Shown here piece after piece: positions 39,435 through 51,623 of a DNA stretch of 64,000 nucleotides. Position numbers and translations under genes: made by a program. Origin of the DNA: Eledone cirrhosa (lineage: Eukaryota). The notes below the pieces were generated by a model. It made no database searches, was not told the DNA's origin, and saw only the letters and a program-made list of their open reading frames with translations. The stretch covers positions 80,476,001 to 80,540,000 of the forward strand of contig OZ024745.1 in the NCBI GenBank assembly GCA_964016885.1. Reading direction: 5' to 3'. Numbering within the stretch: position 1 is the first letter of the stretch; each line of letters starts with the position of its first letter.

Positions 39435-39469
39435 TGATCTAAAGAACATCTATTTTATTAATACTTATA

Positions 39470-39517
<48 letters not shown>

Positions 39518-40480
39518 AAATGTGGTTGGTGTTAGGAAGGAGGGCATCCAGCTGTAAAATCCAAATTTACAGTCCCATCCGGGAAGGTACGGAGTGGCCA
39601 ATTCTGGCCAGACTTGTCTCCCGATGTGGAAAACCTGTCTAACCCATGCACGCATGGAAAAATGGACACTTAACGGTCATGATATATATATATATATTGA
39701 CAGTCAATCGACAAGATCCCAGACCTCATTCGCTTAATGAATGAGGTGGAGCTCATCAAATCGGACAGAGGAAACAATGTTTCCATTGATCTTTCCAATT
39801 GCCAATACCATCTGTCGGTCGCAAATCAAGGCAGAAGGAGTAATGTGAAATAAAGTGTCTTGCTCAAGGACACAACGCATCGCCTGCTCAGGGAATCTAA
39901 ATCATAACCTCATGATTGTGAATCCAATTCTCTAACCACTCAGCCACTTGCCTATATATCATAATCTATAAAGCTCAGTGTGTGGTCATGCTCCTTTCTT
40001 ATAGAAATCTACGATATAGAATTTCTTCAATTGAAATTTACAATTCAGTATTTAAAATAGTTTCGATTGCGTCTTGGCACATCTCATTTTTTCAATTTCA
40101 CCTACAATTACGCAAAAAATAGATAAAACTCAATATTTTACGATTTTTCTCTGTCATTTAAACTGCTAAACTCTTTCCACTACCATTCAAAATCTATACA
40201 ACTTCATACTTTCTGCTACTTTCTCTTTCCAAGCTTGATGGTGATACTGTCCGTATTACTCTGTCATATCATCTGCTTACCTCTATCTACAACCCACACA
40301 TTTTGCTACTTTCTCTTTTATACTTCAAATTATTACATTTCATACGAAACGACAATTATTCAAAAGCAACAGATACATTTATTCAACAACAAGCGATAAA
40401 TCTTTTTTAAAACCTCTTTTCCAAACGCATACAAACACACACTCACTTCAACAACAACAACAATCTGCCTTTTATAGATA

Positions 40481-41516
40481 ACTAGCAGTAAAGCCCGGCG
40501 TTACTCGCGGTTGCTCAGTAGCTGTGTTAAAGTTACAATGTTAAGTTTCTTTTTGGGCTTAAAGTCTGTCTGCACGACTGTCTGTCTGCACGCCTAACGA
40601 AATTTACAGATACATATATTTTAAATAAACTTATATAATTTTTGCTTTTTTTTTACGAAATATTTGCTTGTTTTACGTAGTCTTTAAATAGACTTGTTTT
40701 CAAGTAAAAATATTGTTTTAAAAGGCTTTTAAATGGAAATGAAGCAAAACGGAAGCTTAGTGTTCGAACTGATGAATTTTGCAGGTCAAAATTTTGCTGG
40801 CTCGACAACTGTTCGTGTATTGTGTTAATGTCATTTTAAACGCTGAGAAAGCCAGCGTAATTTTTTTAATTTTTGCACGCAGTAAGACGCTCAATGTAAA
40901 CAGAACAAAGGGAAATAACTCGTCACTTACGCTAAAAAATCGATACATTAGATTCGATTTCGTCACATAGGGTTGGTCAATTTGAAATATTTTTTTTCTG
41001 ATGTCTTCGCTAGGGCTCAATGTACAAGTATAGCAATTTCGGTGCAATTCCGTCAGAGATTCTAAGAGGATATATGCCAAAAATCGATAGACAGACAGAC
41101 AACCACAGCTTTATATATATAGAACAAAGGGAAATAACTCGTCACTTACGCTCAAAAATCGATACATTAGATTCGATTTCGTCACATAGGGTGGGTCAAT
41201 TTGAAATATTTTTTTTCCGATGTCTTCGCTAGGGCTCAATGTACAAGTATAGCAATTTCGGTGCAATTCCGTCAGAGATTCTAAGAGGAGATGTGTGCCA
41301 AAAATCGATAGACAGACAGACAACCTCAGTTTTATATATATAGATGACATAATCAAAAACAAGAAGTTATTTGAAAATTTATTTGACCGATGGTACCGCC
41401 AGACCTTCATCTATAAGTGTAGCAATTTCACCGAAATTTGAACGTACGGTTTAAGAGATGTGTGCCGAAGGTTTTAGTAGACAGACAGACAACCTCAGTT
41501 TTATATATATAGATGA
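40481..41516 (-). mobile_element. Non-autonomous Helitron (nested, with repeated 5' ends)
   Basis: 3' hairpin+CTAG terminus nearly identical to 42148-42178; TCTATATATATAAA 5' ends at ~41122, 41345 and 41515; ~220-bp internal duplication. Confidence 0.65.
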
Positions 41517-41529
41517 TAAACAATATCCT

Positions 41530-41890
41530 CTATGAGGTCACTAAACCTGCTAGAAACAGCAGCTAACTCTCCCCCATACCACACCCCTCCCTACTGTCTT
41601 AAATTTAGAAAACATATATTCTATGAGGTCACTAAACCTGCTAGAAACAGCAGCTAACTCTCCCCCATATCACACCACTCCCTACTGTCTTAAATTTAGA
41701 AAACATATCTTCTATGAGGTCACTAAACCTGCTAGAAACAGCAGCTAACTCTCCTCCATATCACACCACTCCCTACTGTCTTAAATTTAGAAAACACATA
41801 TCCTCTATGAGGTCACTAAACCTGCTAGAAACAACAGCTAACTCTCCCTCATATCACAACCCTCCCTACTGTCTTAAATTTAGAAAACAC
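41530..41890 (+). repeat. Four tandem ~91-bp units
   Basis: CTATGAGGTCACTAAACCTGCTAGAAACAGCAGC...CTTAAATTTAGAAAAC x4. Confidence 0.9.
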
Positions 41891-42634
41891 ACAGACAACC
41901 ATGCAGAACAACTCCATCGCAGCTCTGTTGTTCGGCTGGCATCGTCTTCGTGCGTGTTGCGCAAGTACTGTGAAACAATAAATTTCAACACTTTTTTGCA
42001 CAGAGATAATATCCATAGGCGAAACTACAATTGTCTCTGCTGGCGCAGCTCCTGCTTCCAGGTCTGCAATTCATTCACCCAGTGCCTGGCAGACAAAAAA
42101 GTGCTGCCATAAAATGGGTGGTGCAACCTAACTTTGGTAACTTAATGACCCCGAGCAACGCCGGGCTTTAATGCTAGTATATATATAAAGCTATAAGTAT
42201 ATGCCTGTTGAGTAGAGTTTGTGACTTTTTCAATTTCCTGTATAAAACCAGATCGTTTATGCTACTATATTAAGAAAAGTGTGTGGCCTTGAGCTTTTGA
42301 AATAAATCAATAAGCATTATTTTGTAGATAATTTCAATCTGATTTTCAGAATAAATATATATGATGATTGTTAGTGTAAAGCAAGTTATAATTCCTTTGT
42401 CATCTGTTTTATAAACATTTTTGTATGCTAGTGTTTTAAACATAAAATGGTAAAATAAAGTGGGTGAGCTCTATTGATAGACTGTCAAAGATAGTTATTT
42501 AGTTAGGTGTACAACACAATGAATATAGTGAAGTTTGAACTGATCATTGTGTGGAGAGCAATCTGCCATGCAGCCATTAATAATCTTGTCTAAATCCATT
42601 TGCTTAAAATTGAAATAATTCAATATTTTGACAG

Positions 42635-42833
42635 AAAGTAAGAGAATTCTCGGCTCCTGAAGAACCTTTGGAGAAAACTCTTGAAGTAAATCGCATGCGG
42701 CGTTTTAGGGTATTACAGATGCCAAATGCTGATGGAGAATTTGAAGTCAGCCAAGAAGGGAATTCTACATTTTATATTCAAACAGAAGTGGCTGTTCAGG
42801 TCGATGACATATCTTCTCCTTCTACTGGTACAG
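42635..42833 (+). CDS. CLEC16A: CLEC16A exon (KVREFSAPEEPLEKTLEVNRMRR...DDISSPSTGT)
   Basis: F..P.E.LE..LE.N motif; gacag/gtaatg; phase 0 to 1. Confidence 0.88.
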
Positions 42834-43464
42834 GTAATGTAATAGTAATTTACAAATTTCATCTGTATTAAAACATGGAAGAGCAGATATAAAAATAGTG
42901 ATAGTGATCATGATGATAATGATAATAAATGTTGAGTTTTACTTGGATTTCTTGAAGCAGATAATACTGGAATGACTTGATGACTAGACTAGTCTGGTTC
43001 ATACATGTATGGAAAAAACACATGATGATTCGTCAAGAGGGATTTTTGTTAATGTAAAACAGTATGTAATTGATATGGTTTAGGTAAATCTTTTTGTCCT
43101 ACTACATATTAATCCTTTTAAAACCATCCTGCCCAAAACTGACTCGGGTTCTATCAAACAAAACCACACATTTCAAAGGGTTCCTATTGAAATTAAAGTC
43201 TTCCAACATAACATCTTAATGAAATAACTAATAATTTTAGTAAATACCTCCAAGCTCTCCATTAATTAATACAAATACAGTGTATTTTAGTAGAAATATG
43301 ACAACAAAAACATTTGATTTGAAATAAGATTTTAATAGGAAAATGAAAGCTAAAAATCTGTGATAAATGTTCCATGGTGATGAATGTTTTGCATTAATTA
43401 AAGATAGACCTTTGATTGCTTTGGGATTTACTAATTTGTAAATCATAATCTTTTATTTGTATAG

Positions 43465-43639
43465 AGGGAGAAGCCTTAAGCCCCAGCAGTGAAGCAATAT
43501 CTGGGGACACAGATATCTCCAGCTCAAATCAAAACTCTACTGATGAAGAAAAATTACTTAGTTCATATGGTTTTGGTCACAGAAGACGGCATAGTGCTAG
43601 TGCTGAACAAAGGCAGGCAGAATTCTCACTGGTGAATAG
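43465..43639 (+). CDS. CLEC16A: CLEC16A exon (GEALSPSSE...NQNSTDEEKLL...EFSLVN)
   Basis: Conserved QN.TDEEK; tatag/gtatgt; phase 1 to 2. Confidence 0.9.
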
Positions 43640-44229
43640 GTATGTATCCTTTGTTGAATTAACATTATATATTTGAAATTTGAAATGTGTGTGTCCCATC
43701 ACAAATGACCTTAACATTAATAATAGTTGGATCATTATAAATGGTAGTTGAGAAAATCGAATGAAGTGTCCCTAGAGATAAAAAAAAGTGGACCGAGGAC
43801 ATCTGCGAGGAAGCAGCATGTGCTCTGTGAGGTTCAGCTGTTTTACTTACACTACTGCATGGCATTGTGGCAAGGGTGTTGGACTTAGATTTATAATGTT
43901 GTGAGTTTGATTACTGGACCACGTTGTGTATTGTGTTCTTGAGCAAAACACTTCATTTCAATGTTGTTTCAATATACTCAGCTGAAAATGTATACCAGCA
44001 GTAGCTGTGGGTTTAACTCTGCAATGAACTGCCATCCTGTTCAGGAGAAGTTTTGTACTCTTAGTCACTTAATGCCAATGAAGCTAGGATAAACACCAGC
44101 CTGAATAGCCTCTGGGCTTGAGACAGACTTTAGACTTTTAGAGAACTCAGTAAATCAAAGAATTCAATTAACCAGAGCATATCTGTTCTGGTAGACTAAA
44201 CCTAGCTTGCTGTAACTATGTTACATTAG

Positions 44230-44436
44230 CCCTTTATCGTTTACATTACTCTATATTTACTATTGTATTTTTGTGGTAAAGGCTTTATCTCAAATAACCT
44301 CAAAATCTCATAGCTTTGATATTATGTATTTTGAGAACAATACCTTATCATTGGTATGAGTGGCCAGTTAGGGCTGGTTTGAATAGAAAGAGGTGAGAGA
44401 ATTCTGGCCGGATATGGCCGGTTAAATGCTAAAGGG
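44230..44436. mobile_element. piggyBac-like MITE (related copies at ~27634-27840 and ~45384-45545)
   Basis: CCCTTTA.C.TTTA / TAAATGCTAAAGGG termini flanked by TTAA/TTAG. Confidence 0.7.
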
Positions 44437-44774
44437 TTAAATCTGTGGTAATTATATTGGACTGGTTTACCAATGCCTTTTACAGATATATACAAAGATG
44501 AATATCATTAAGAGAGAAAAGTTGTGTGAGGTGTCAGTCATTACTAATGTAAAGTGAACTAATAAACTAATAAGAAACTGTGTTAAACTGATTGTTAGTT
44601 TAGTTTACTGGAAGGTTATCTTCTATTCAATGTTATTTTAGGTGGGTGACGAGTGCAGAATTTGTCTAAATGCCTTTCATAATGAACAACCACTATACTA
44701 ATTTAGGCTTTAAGAACATTAATTTATGCTGTATGAAAAATATTTGATTATTAGTTTTAATCTTTTTAGACAGC

Positions 44775-45080
44775 CATTCCACATAGCCACACCACCATAC
44801 ATGCACCTCCACACAGCTACACCATCATATCTGCACCTCCACTCAGCCACAACTCCACGCAGCCAAACCTCCACACCACCATACATGCACCTCCACACCA
44901 CCATACATTCACCTCCACACAGCTATACCACCATACTTGCACCTCCACACCTGCACTTCCACACAGCTATACCACCATACTTGCACCTCCACACAGCCAC
45001 ACCTCTACACCAGCATACATGCACCTCCACACAGCTATATCAGCATACATGCACCTCCACTCAGCCACACCTCCACACCA
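44775..45080. repeat. ~30-bp CA-rich minisatellite
   Basis: GCACCTCCACACAGCTAYACCACCATAC variants. Confidence 0.85.
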
Positions 45081-45184
45081 AGGTTGGAATATAGGGTGGA
45101 GGGGTTGTTGTAAAATTCTGAAAAATTAATAAGCGAGACCCGAAAGTAACCCTTTAATTTAATAACTGTATTTCTGTATTTCAG

Positions 45185-45285
45185 GCCATATTTGGAAGCC
45201 ATATTCAATGCGTTAGAATGCAATGAAAATGACTATGAGACATTATTTGCGTTGTGTTTACTATATGCTATGGGCCACAATGAAG
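45185..45285 (+). CDS. CLEC16A: CLEC16A exon (RPYLEAIFNALECNENDYETLFALCLLYAMGHNE)
   Basis: Conserved LF.LCLLYAM.HN; ttcag/gtaagt. Confidence 0.96.
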
Positions 45286-46397
45286 GTAAGTAGATTCCCT
45301 TTAAAATATTTTAATTTTCTTGTATAACATTAAAAGGCAAAAAAAAAACATTTAGTTAAATGTAGGGAAAACATTTTTCTTAACCCTTTAGCATTTACAT
45401 TACTCTATATTTATTATTGTATTTTCATGGTAAAGGCTTTACCTCACATAATTATCTCACATAATATTGAATCTATGAGATTGTGATATTATTTATTTTG
45501 AGAACAATACCTTAACATCAGTATGAGTGGCTGGTTACATTACTCTTAAATTTCTGTTACATTACTCTTAAATTTCTGTGATATCTAGTTAAATATTTAG
45601 CAACGATAACAGAATTGTTAGAGAAAAGCACCTTGTAGTATTTGTTCCGATTCCTTCATTTGAGTTTAAATGCTGTTGAGGTTTACTTTGCCTTTCATCA
45701 TTCTGGGGCTCAATAAAGTAGCAATTTAGCATAGTAGACTGGCAGAATTATTAGAATTGTATTTATTTTGGCTTTTTGTTCTCTGAGTTCAAATTCAAAT
45801 TCCATTGTGGCTTACCTGGATGATTGATATAATCTGTCACCTGGTTTAACACTGCCACCTAGCCCTCAGGTGCCTTCAGCAGAGTCCACTGTGGCTTACC
45901 TGGGTGATTGACTTTATTGACTACCTGACCCTTGGGTACCTTTAACAGAGTCCACTATGTTGCTGGTATTTGGGTCGGGCCTCTGGTCTGAAGATAGCTT
46001 CCCTCTCTATCTCCCAGCAGTCTCAGAAGCCCTGAACAAAGTATCATGGATTTTACTCTTTTTCCTGACTAAATAATTAAACAAAACGTAGATAAAATAG
46101 ATGTAAGAACATTACAGTGTCTTTAAATTTTGACGGAAAAATTCTTAAATTAACATTCAAAGCTTATCTCTTAAGTCTTTCAAGGAAATTAATAGTTACT
46201 ATTGAGGAGAATGTGTGTGTGAAATAATCAGAAAGATTCTAGGATTTGAAAGTGTAACAGTGCTGCTGCTTACGTAGTGGTAGTGATAGTGGTAGTAGTA
46301 GTACACTTTTGTTGTGTATTTTTACAATAGATTGGTACTTCTCAGTGTTGATTGAGTGGGGTTTACTTTTTATGGAATGTTTCTATCTGAGATTTTA

Positions 46398-46640
46398 TGT
46401 TTTTATTTAACCACAATTAAGGTGTTTTATTTAACCACAATTAAGGTGTTTTATTTAACCACAATTAAGGTGTTTTATTTAACCACAATTAAGGTGTTTT
46501 ATTTAACCACAATTAAGGTGTTTTATTTAACTACAATTTAGCTACAATTAAAGGTGTGTTAATTAACTACAATTAAGATGTTTTAATTAGCTACAATTAA
46601 GATGTTTTAATTAGCTACAATTAAGGTGATTTATATAACT
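46398..46640. repeat. 24-bp minisatellite (TTTTATTTAACCACAATTAAGGTG)
   Basis: Tandem copies. Confidence 0.9.
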
Positions 46641-48203
46641 ACAGTTGATTAAGGCGTTTTAAAAAAAGAAATGCTTAACTGTTTTGTTGCTCTGTTTCTA
46701 ATGAAACACACTGCTTGTGTGTATTAATTAATTTTTAAAATTTGAAGAATTTAATGAATCATAATAATCATTTTAATATAAGTATATTAAAATGAACAGC
46801 TGTGTATCATAAAACTAGAGCAGTTTCAATTTTGTTGGTCTTTAAAGGATTAAAGCTACTGAATAAATCAACATGGTTAGAACAGTTTTTTTCAAAGTAT
46901 TTCAGATATGTGTAAAAAAAAAAAGGGTTTTGGGATTCAATTTTGTAATTTTTAGTAAGGTTGTTGTAGACTTAAGATTGAGAATGTTGAAATCTTATAG
47001 GTATAACTTCAGTATTTAATGTTAATTAGTAAATTCACAAATATAGAAGAAGCATGTTTAATATTTTCTTAAAACATAACATGGAAAGGAACACTTTAAT
47101 CTATATACAACATGAAAAATGTGAAATAATAAATTGCGAGGTTGCTTTGTTTGAACTTTTTTGTAAGGCAAAAGATAGAATGTTAATGCATAATGGTTGT
47201 GACTTAGGTCCTTTTTTTAAAATCACACTGCAAGCCACAAGCATGTTATACAAATTTGGCATGAAATGATTAGAGATTTGTAAGTATGGAGTATTTGAGT
47301 TGCCATAGGTAGGCAATAAGAAGGAATATTGTTAATTTGACAAATATTGTAAATTAATGATTTTGTTGTTAGTACTAAAGAATAATGTGAAGATAAATCT
47401 GTCTAACCTAAGCAGAGAACTGCAGGATACAGAATATATCTAGTATGAAATAGAGGAAAATATTTTAGTTAATGTCAAAGTTGCCTTATTAAAATATTTG
47501 CCTACAATTCATGTCAAGGGACAACTTTTTCTGGTGATAGTTCTTGTCTTTTTTTTTTTAATCCCTCTGATATCCCAGATTTAGAATAGGTTCACTGTAT
47601 CCTTGCATGTCATAAGAGATAACTAAAAAGCCCATCCAACCCATACCAGTGTGGAACAGCAGACTTTTATCATTGGTGATGTCACCAGCACTAGGTGTTG
47701 TCACCCACTGTTTGCATCATCATCCATCATCATCATCATCACCTGATGTCATCCATCACTGTCGTTATCACTCACTGCCAGTAATGTCGTCGCTGATGAA
47801 AGTAGATGCAGTTTCTGATTTTATTTTCATAATGGCACAATTTTAGGTTTCACTTTTATGATAATAATCCTTGATTATTCTATAATCTCTAATTATGCCA
47901 ACACATTCTTTGATTGTACTTTGAAACTGCAACCTTCGAACTATCATTGGTTTATGTAGGACTATTACTGAAAAAAGAAATGCTGGTTATCTTTTGTGTA
48001 GAAATTCTCTATCCACATATCTATAGAACATTAAAAACTGCAGGTTATTTTTAATTAAGGACATTTTAATCAAACATTTATAATAATTGTTTCTACTTTA
48101 GGCACAAGGCCAGCAATTACCCAGTACATTACTGGTACTTTATTTTATCGACCCCGTAATAATAATAAGACAATGTAGTTTGCTTGAAACATTGTGTAAA
48201 GTT

Positions 48204-48409
48204 TAGAAAAATAGTGTTTTGTTTGAAGGTTACCACATTGTGAATTGAATGGTAAATGTTAAAAATGATAATTTTGGGGTGTTACCTTACAAATAAATAT
48301 AAGGATCTATAAAGAACTGCAAGATAACACCCTAGCATCATTGTTATATTTTAAACATTTACTCTCTGATTCACATTGTGGTAACTTTCAAACAAAACAT
48401 TATTTTCTA
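48204..48409. repeat. Imperfect fold-back hairpin
   Basis: TAGAAAAATAGTGTTTTGTTTGAAGGTTACCAC is mirrored by GTGGTAACTTTCAAACAAAACATTATTTTCTA. Confidence 0.7.
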
Positions 48410-49724
48410 TTTTTATAACAATAATATAATTTTTATAATTACAAGTAGAAATTAATTAATAGATGTTAATATATTACAACATTTAAAAAATGGGTATGGG
48501 CTTCAGTATTTTTTTTTCTTAAATTAATTGAAAAATGAGTATTTTCATTTGCAACTTCTACATGTTTTTTTTTTCTTTAGTTAATTGTAACATTTAATAT
48601 TGAATCAGTTGTTAAAAGAAATTTTCTTTCAGGTTAAATTTTGAAAGTGAATATTTTATTTCAGTTGTTAACATTTTATTATTCTGAAATATTCAATCTG
48701 TATTATTTCCATGTCTTGACACTTGGCTAATGATGTACAGATGGTAGGGAAACCTTTTAGCTCTTGTCTTGAATTCAGTTTGTCATTTGTAGTCGTCTGT
48801 CTGCCTGTTTGTCGTCACTGTGTTTTCTGTCTTGCTCAATATTTCACAATAAAAATCCATCTGCTTTAATAACTGTAGGTATGCTTTCCAGTTTTGAAGT
48901 TTAGATTCTATTTTTTGGTATTTGCTGTTTCTATCTTACTTTTGTCCTTATGCACGTTTTTGTGTATAATGTAATTCAGGTATTCCTAAAGACTTTCTCA
49001 AATTATCATTTCCTGTCTATACCTGACAGAAGTTGATGTCTCCTGATATTTAAACAAAATTTTGTCGATATTTTCTATGAAACCTTTGTAATCAATATAG
49101 TTGTTTCATTGCTGTTTTCCTCTGTATTAAATGATTGAGGGAGACAAATGTTCTGAACGCACTGACAGGCTGTTGGTAAGGCTGGTATTAAATAACTAAG
49201 GGGGAAACAACTGTTCTGAACAAACTGACTGGTTATTGCTTGTAGCAATGTTATTAATATCAAATCATATGGGTGCTGGATTGGCAGAATCCTTGGAGCA
49301 TTGGAGAAAATGCTTTGCAGCATTTACTTATGACCCTTTATGTTTTGAGTTCAAATTCCGCCAAAGTCAATTTTGCCTTTCATCATTCTGGGGTGATAAA
49401 ATAAAGTACCAGTTATGTACTGAGGTCAATATAATCAACATCTCTCAAATTGCTGACCTTGTGCCTAAATTAGAAATCAGTATTAAATGCTATATACAGT
49501 CCAGTCCTTGTAAGAAAGTTTCTCCCAGCTCTCAAATCTATTAGCAGAATCTATGATTACTTGAGATGATTTTTGCTAGAATTATGGAGATTGAGATGGC
49601 TGCAAAAACTAGCACACTTTATATTTCTCTAATTATGAGGAAATTAATTGATTTCAGTTAAAAAACTGGTTTGAGCCAAATGTAACACGTTTTTATATGG
49701 TACAGGATATTGAATTAAACTTCA

Positions 49725-50140
49725 CTACTCAGTCTCTGGGAGTGTCATGGTGGCAGTCCTCAAGAACGCATTCCAGCAGCTCCTGACAGAAGCAACTGTC
49801 TCCAGTTGATCCGGCTGGATCCCCAAGCAAGACCAGCCGATGTTATCCAACCATCTTGTTTGGGGTCTACCTCTGGGTCTCCTGTCAGTTGGTTTGGTCC
49901 GTAAAATCTGTCTAGCAATTCTTTCCTCAGACATTCTAACCATATGCCCATAATATTGGAGCTGTGATCTCTCAATTCGGCGAAGTAGTGGCTCTACCTG
50001 GAGTGACTCTGAGCTCTATTGAGTAACGTTTCTCCAAAGAACCCTTTGGAGGAACCCCATTTCGGCCACTTGTATTCACAATCATATTCTTTTGATCATT
50101 ACCCAAGATTCATGACCATTGGTAAGGGTTGACATGAATA
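49725..50140 (-). mobile_element. 3' fragment of the second RTE family
   Basis: MVRMSEERIARQILRTKPTDRRPRGRPQTRWLDNI. Confidence 0.8.
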
Positions 50141-51354
50141 TCAAGTTGATAATTGAATAACATGTTGTATAACTAATTAGAAAATTTATGTGTCATAAAA
50201 AAAAGTATGTTCCAAGAACTGCTTACTTTTACAGTCACATTAAACTGTAGTCTTTATTATCCTGATCTTAAGAATTGAATAATAGTCTTTTAAAAACAAT
50301 GAAAATATTTAAATCATTCATTTAAAACTTTACAAAGATTCTTACACACACACGTTTATTTCTTCAAGAAGTATGCTCTTATGTTGGCACTTGCATCATA
50401 TTATTGATAGGTTAAATAAATAATTAATCTTGGGATTCTTTTCACTTCATTATATTTTAACAAGTGATCTGTTCAGCTAATTGGTGTTAGTATAGCTAGT
50501 ATATATCTAAGTACAATGAAAGGTAGATCTGGGGAATCAGAAAAAATTATAGCATGTAGATGTGGTATATATGGGTGGAGGTGAAGTGAAGATGTATTAT
50601 TTAAACTGATATTGAGGAAATTCTATTTGGTGGATACTTTTAGAAGAGAAACTGAAAGAATTGATGTATTTAAATAAAATGATATTGATTAGGCTATTTA
50701 AAGGTAATGTGACATCTATTGAAAGATATACACAACCTATAAGAGGGATTTACAGATAAACAAAAGGAAGAGCTTTATAAAATATTTGTGTAATCCTATT
50801 GAAGGGGAAATAGTAAAGATATTATTAAAGCAAGGACTACTGTATTTGAGAAACCTTTCTGTGTGTATAGAGGCTATGGCAGCTGTGATACAAACTTCAG
50901 TGAGGTTTATCTGTGAGTTTAGTAGGACATTGAGCAAGATTTACTTTGGTTTGGAGCAAAGATGCAACAGATAGATAATTCTGAATTGAAAAATGTTAAT
51001 TAGCAGGCAGATATGAAAAGTGTATATTCCCTGTTGCTTTCCATTCTATTAACATTTGTTTTACATCATGACTTTGTATTATGTGGGTGTAATATTTAAC
51101 ATTAAGGCTGTGAATGATAGTCATTAGAATATAGGTTAGAATGCTTTGTGGTATGTGATCCAGTTCTCTGTGTTCTGTCAAAATTCTGCCAAAGACAATG
51201 TTGTCTTTCATCTTTTCGAGAGTGATAAAAAGAAACTACCACTCAAGAACTGGGGTTGTTTCTTCCTCTATATCTCATTCTTACTTTTCTCTTTCTCACT
51301 TCCTCTGTCATTCTCTCTATCTCTCCTTTACTTGAAGAAATCTGTTGTGTTCAG

Positions 51355-51447
51355 ACCTGGAGAGGAGTTGGGTTCTGCTAGGTTTAAAATGCAGAAGAAA
51401 CATTGCATGTCACTTCAGCACCCCTACAACTCTTCCAAGAGTTACAG
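51355..51447 (+). CDS. Candidate 93-nt frame-preserving alternative CLEC16A exon
   Basis: Long pyrimidine tract upstream, ttcag/..CAG|gtacat; open in phase 1 (DLERSWVLLGLKCRRNIACHFSTPTTLPRVT); no homology recognised. Confidence 0.3.
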
Positions 51448-51614
51448 GTACATACATACATACATATATACATATATATATATTTAACATTATAGGGAAT
51501 ATATAATACTATTATTTTTCTTTACTACATATTTACAAAAAAACTCCTTTTTTTAATATTATATAAGACCATTTCTGTGTATTTAACTTTCCACTCTGCA
51601 CTTATTACTTTCAG

Positions 51615-51623
51615 GTCTCCACC
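51615..51623 (+). CDS. Candidate 9-nt microexon GTCTCCACC
   Basis: ttactttcag|GTCTCCACC|gtaagt; upstream TTTAAC branch point and TGC motif. Confidence 0.5.

Larger units (their letters stand above)
33593..39478. mobile_element. Element bounded by 252-bp inverted repeats (33593-33844 / 39227-39478), each containing a hammerhead; RTE copy 2 nested inside
   Basis: Arms are reverse complements with few mismatches; TA microsatellites lie outside both ends. Confidence 0.8.
39965..42178 (+). mobile_element. Non-autonomous Helitron (outer)
   Basis: Probable 5' TCTATAAAG..; 3' hairpin CCCGAGCAACGCCGGG followed by CTAG. Confidence 0.55.

Noticed and set aside
43540-43553. CTGATGA..GAAA inside an exon
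   Set aside because: Encodes the conserved TDEEK peptide; no stems
44642-44702. Acceptor followed by VGDECRICLNAFH
   Set aside because: Short and ends in a stop, no donor, and this frame does not fit the neighbouring exon phases
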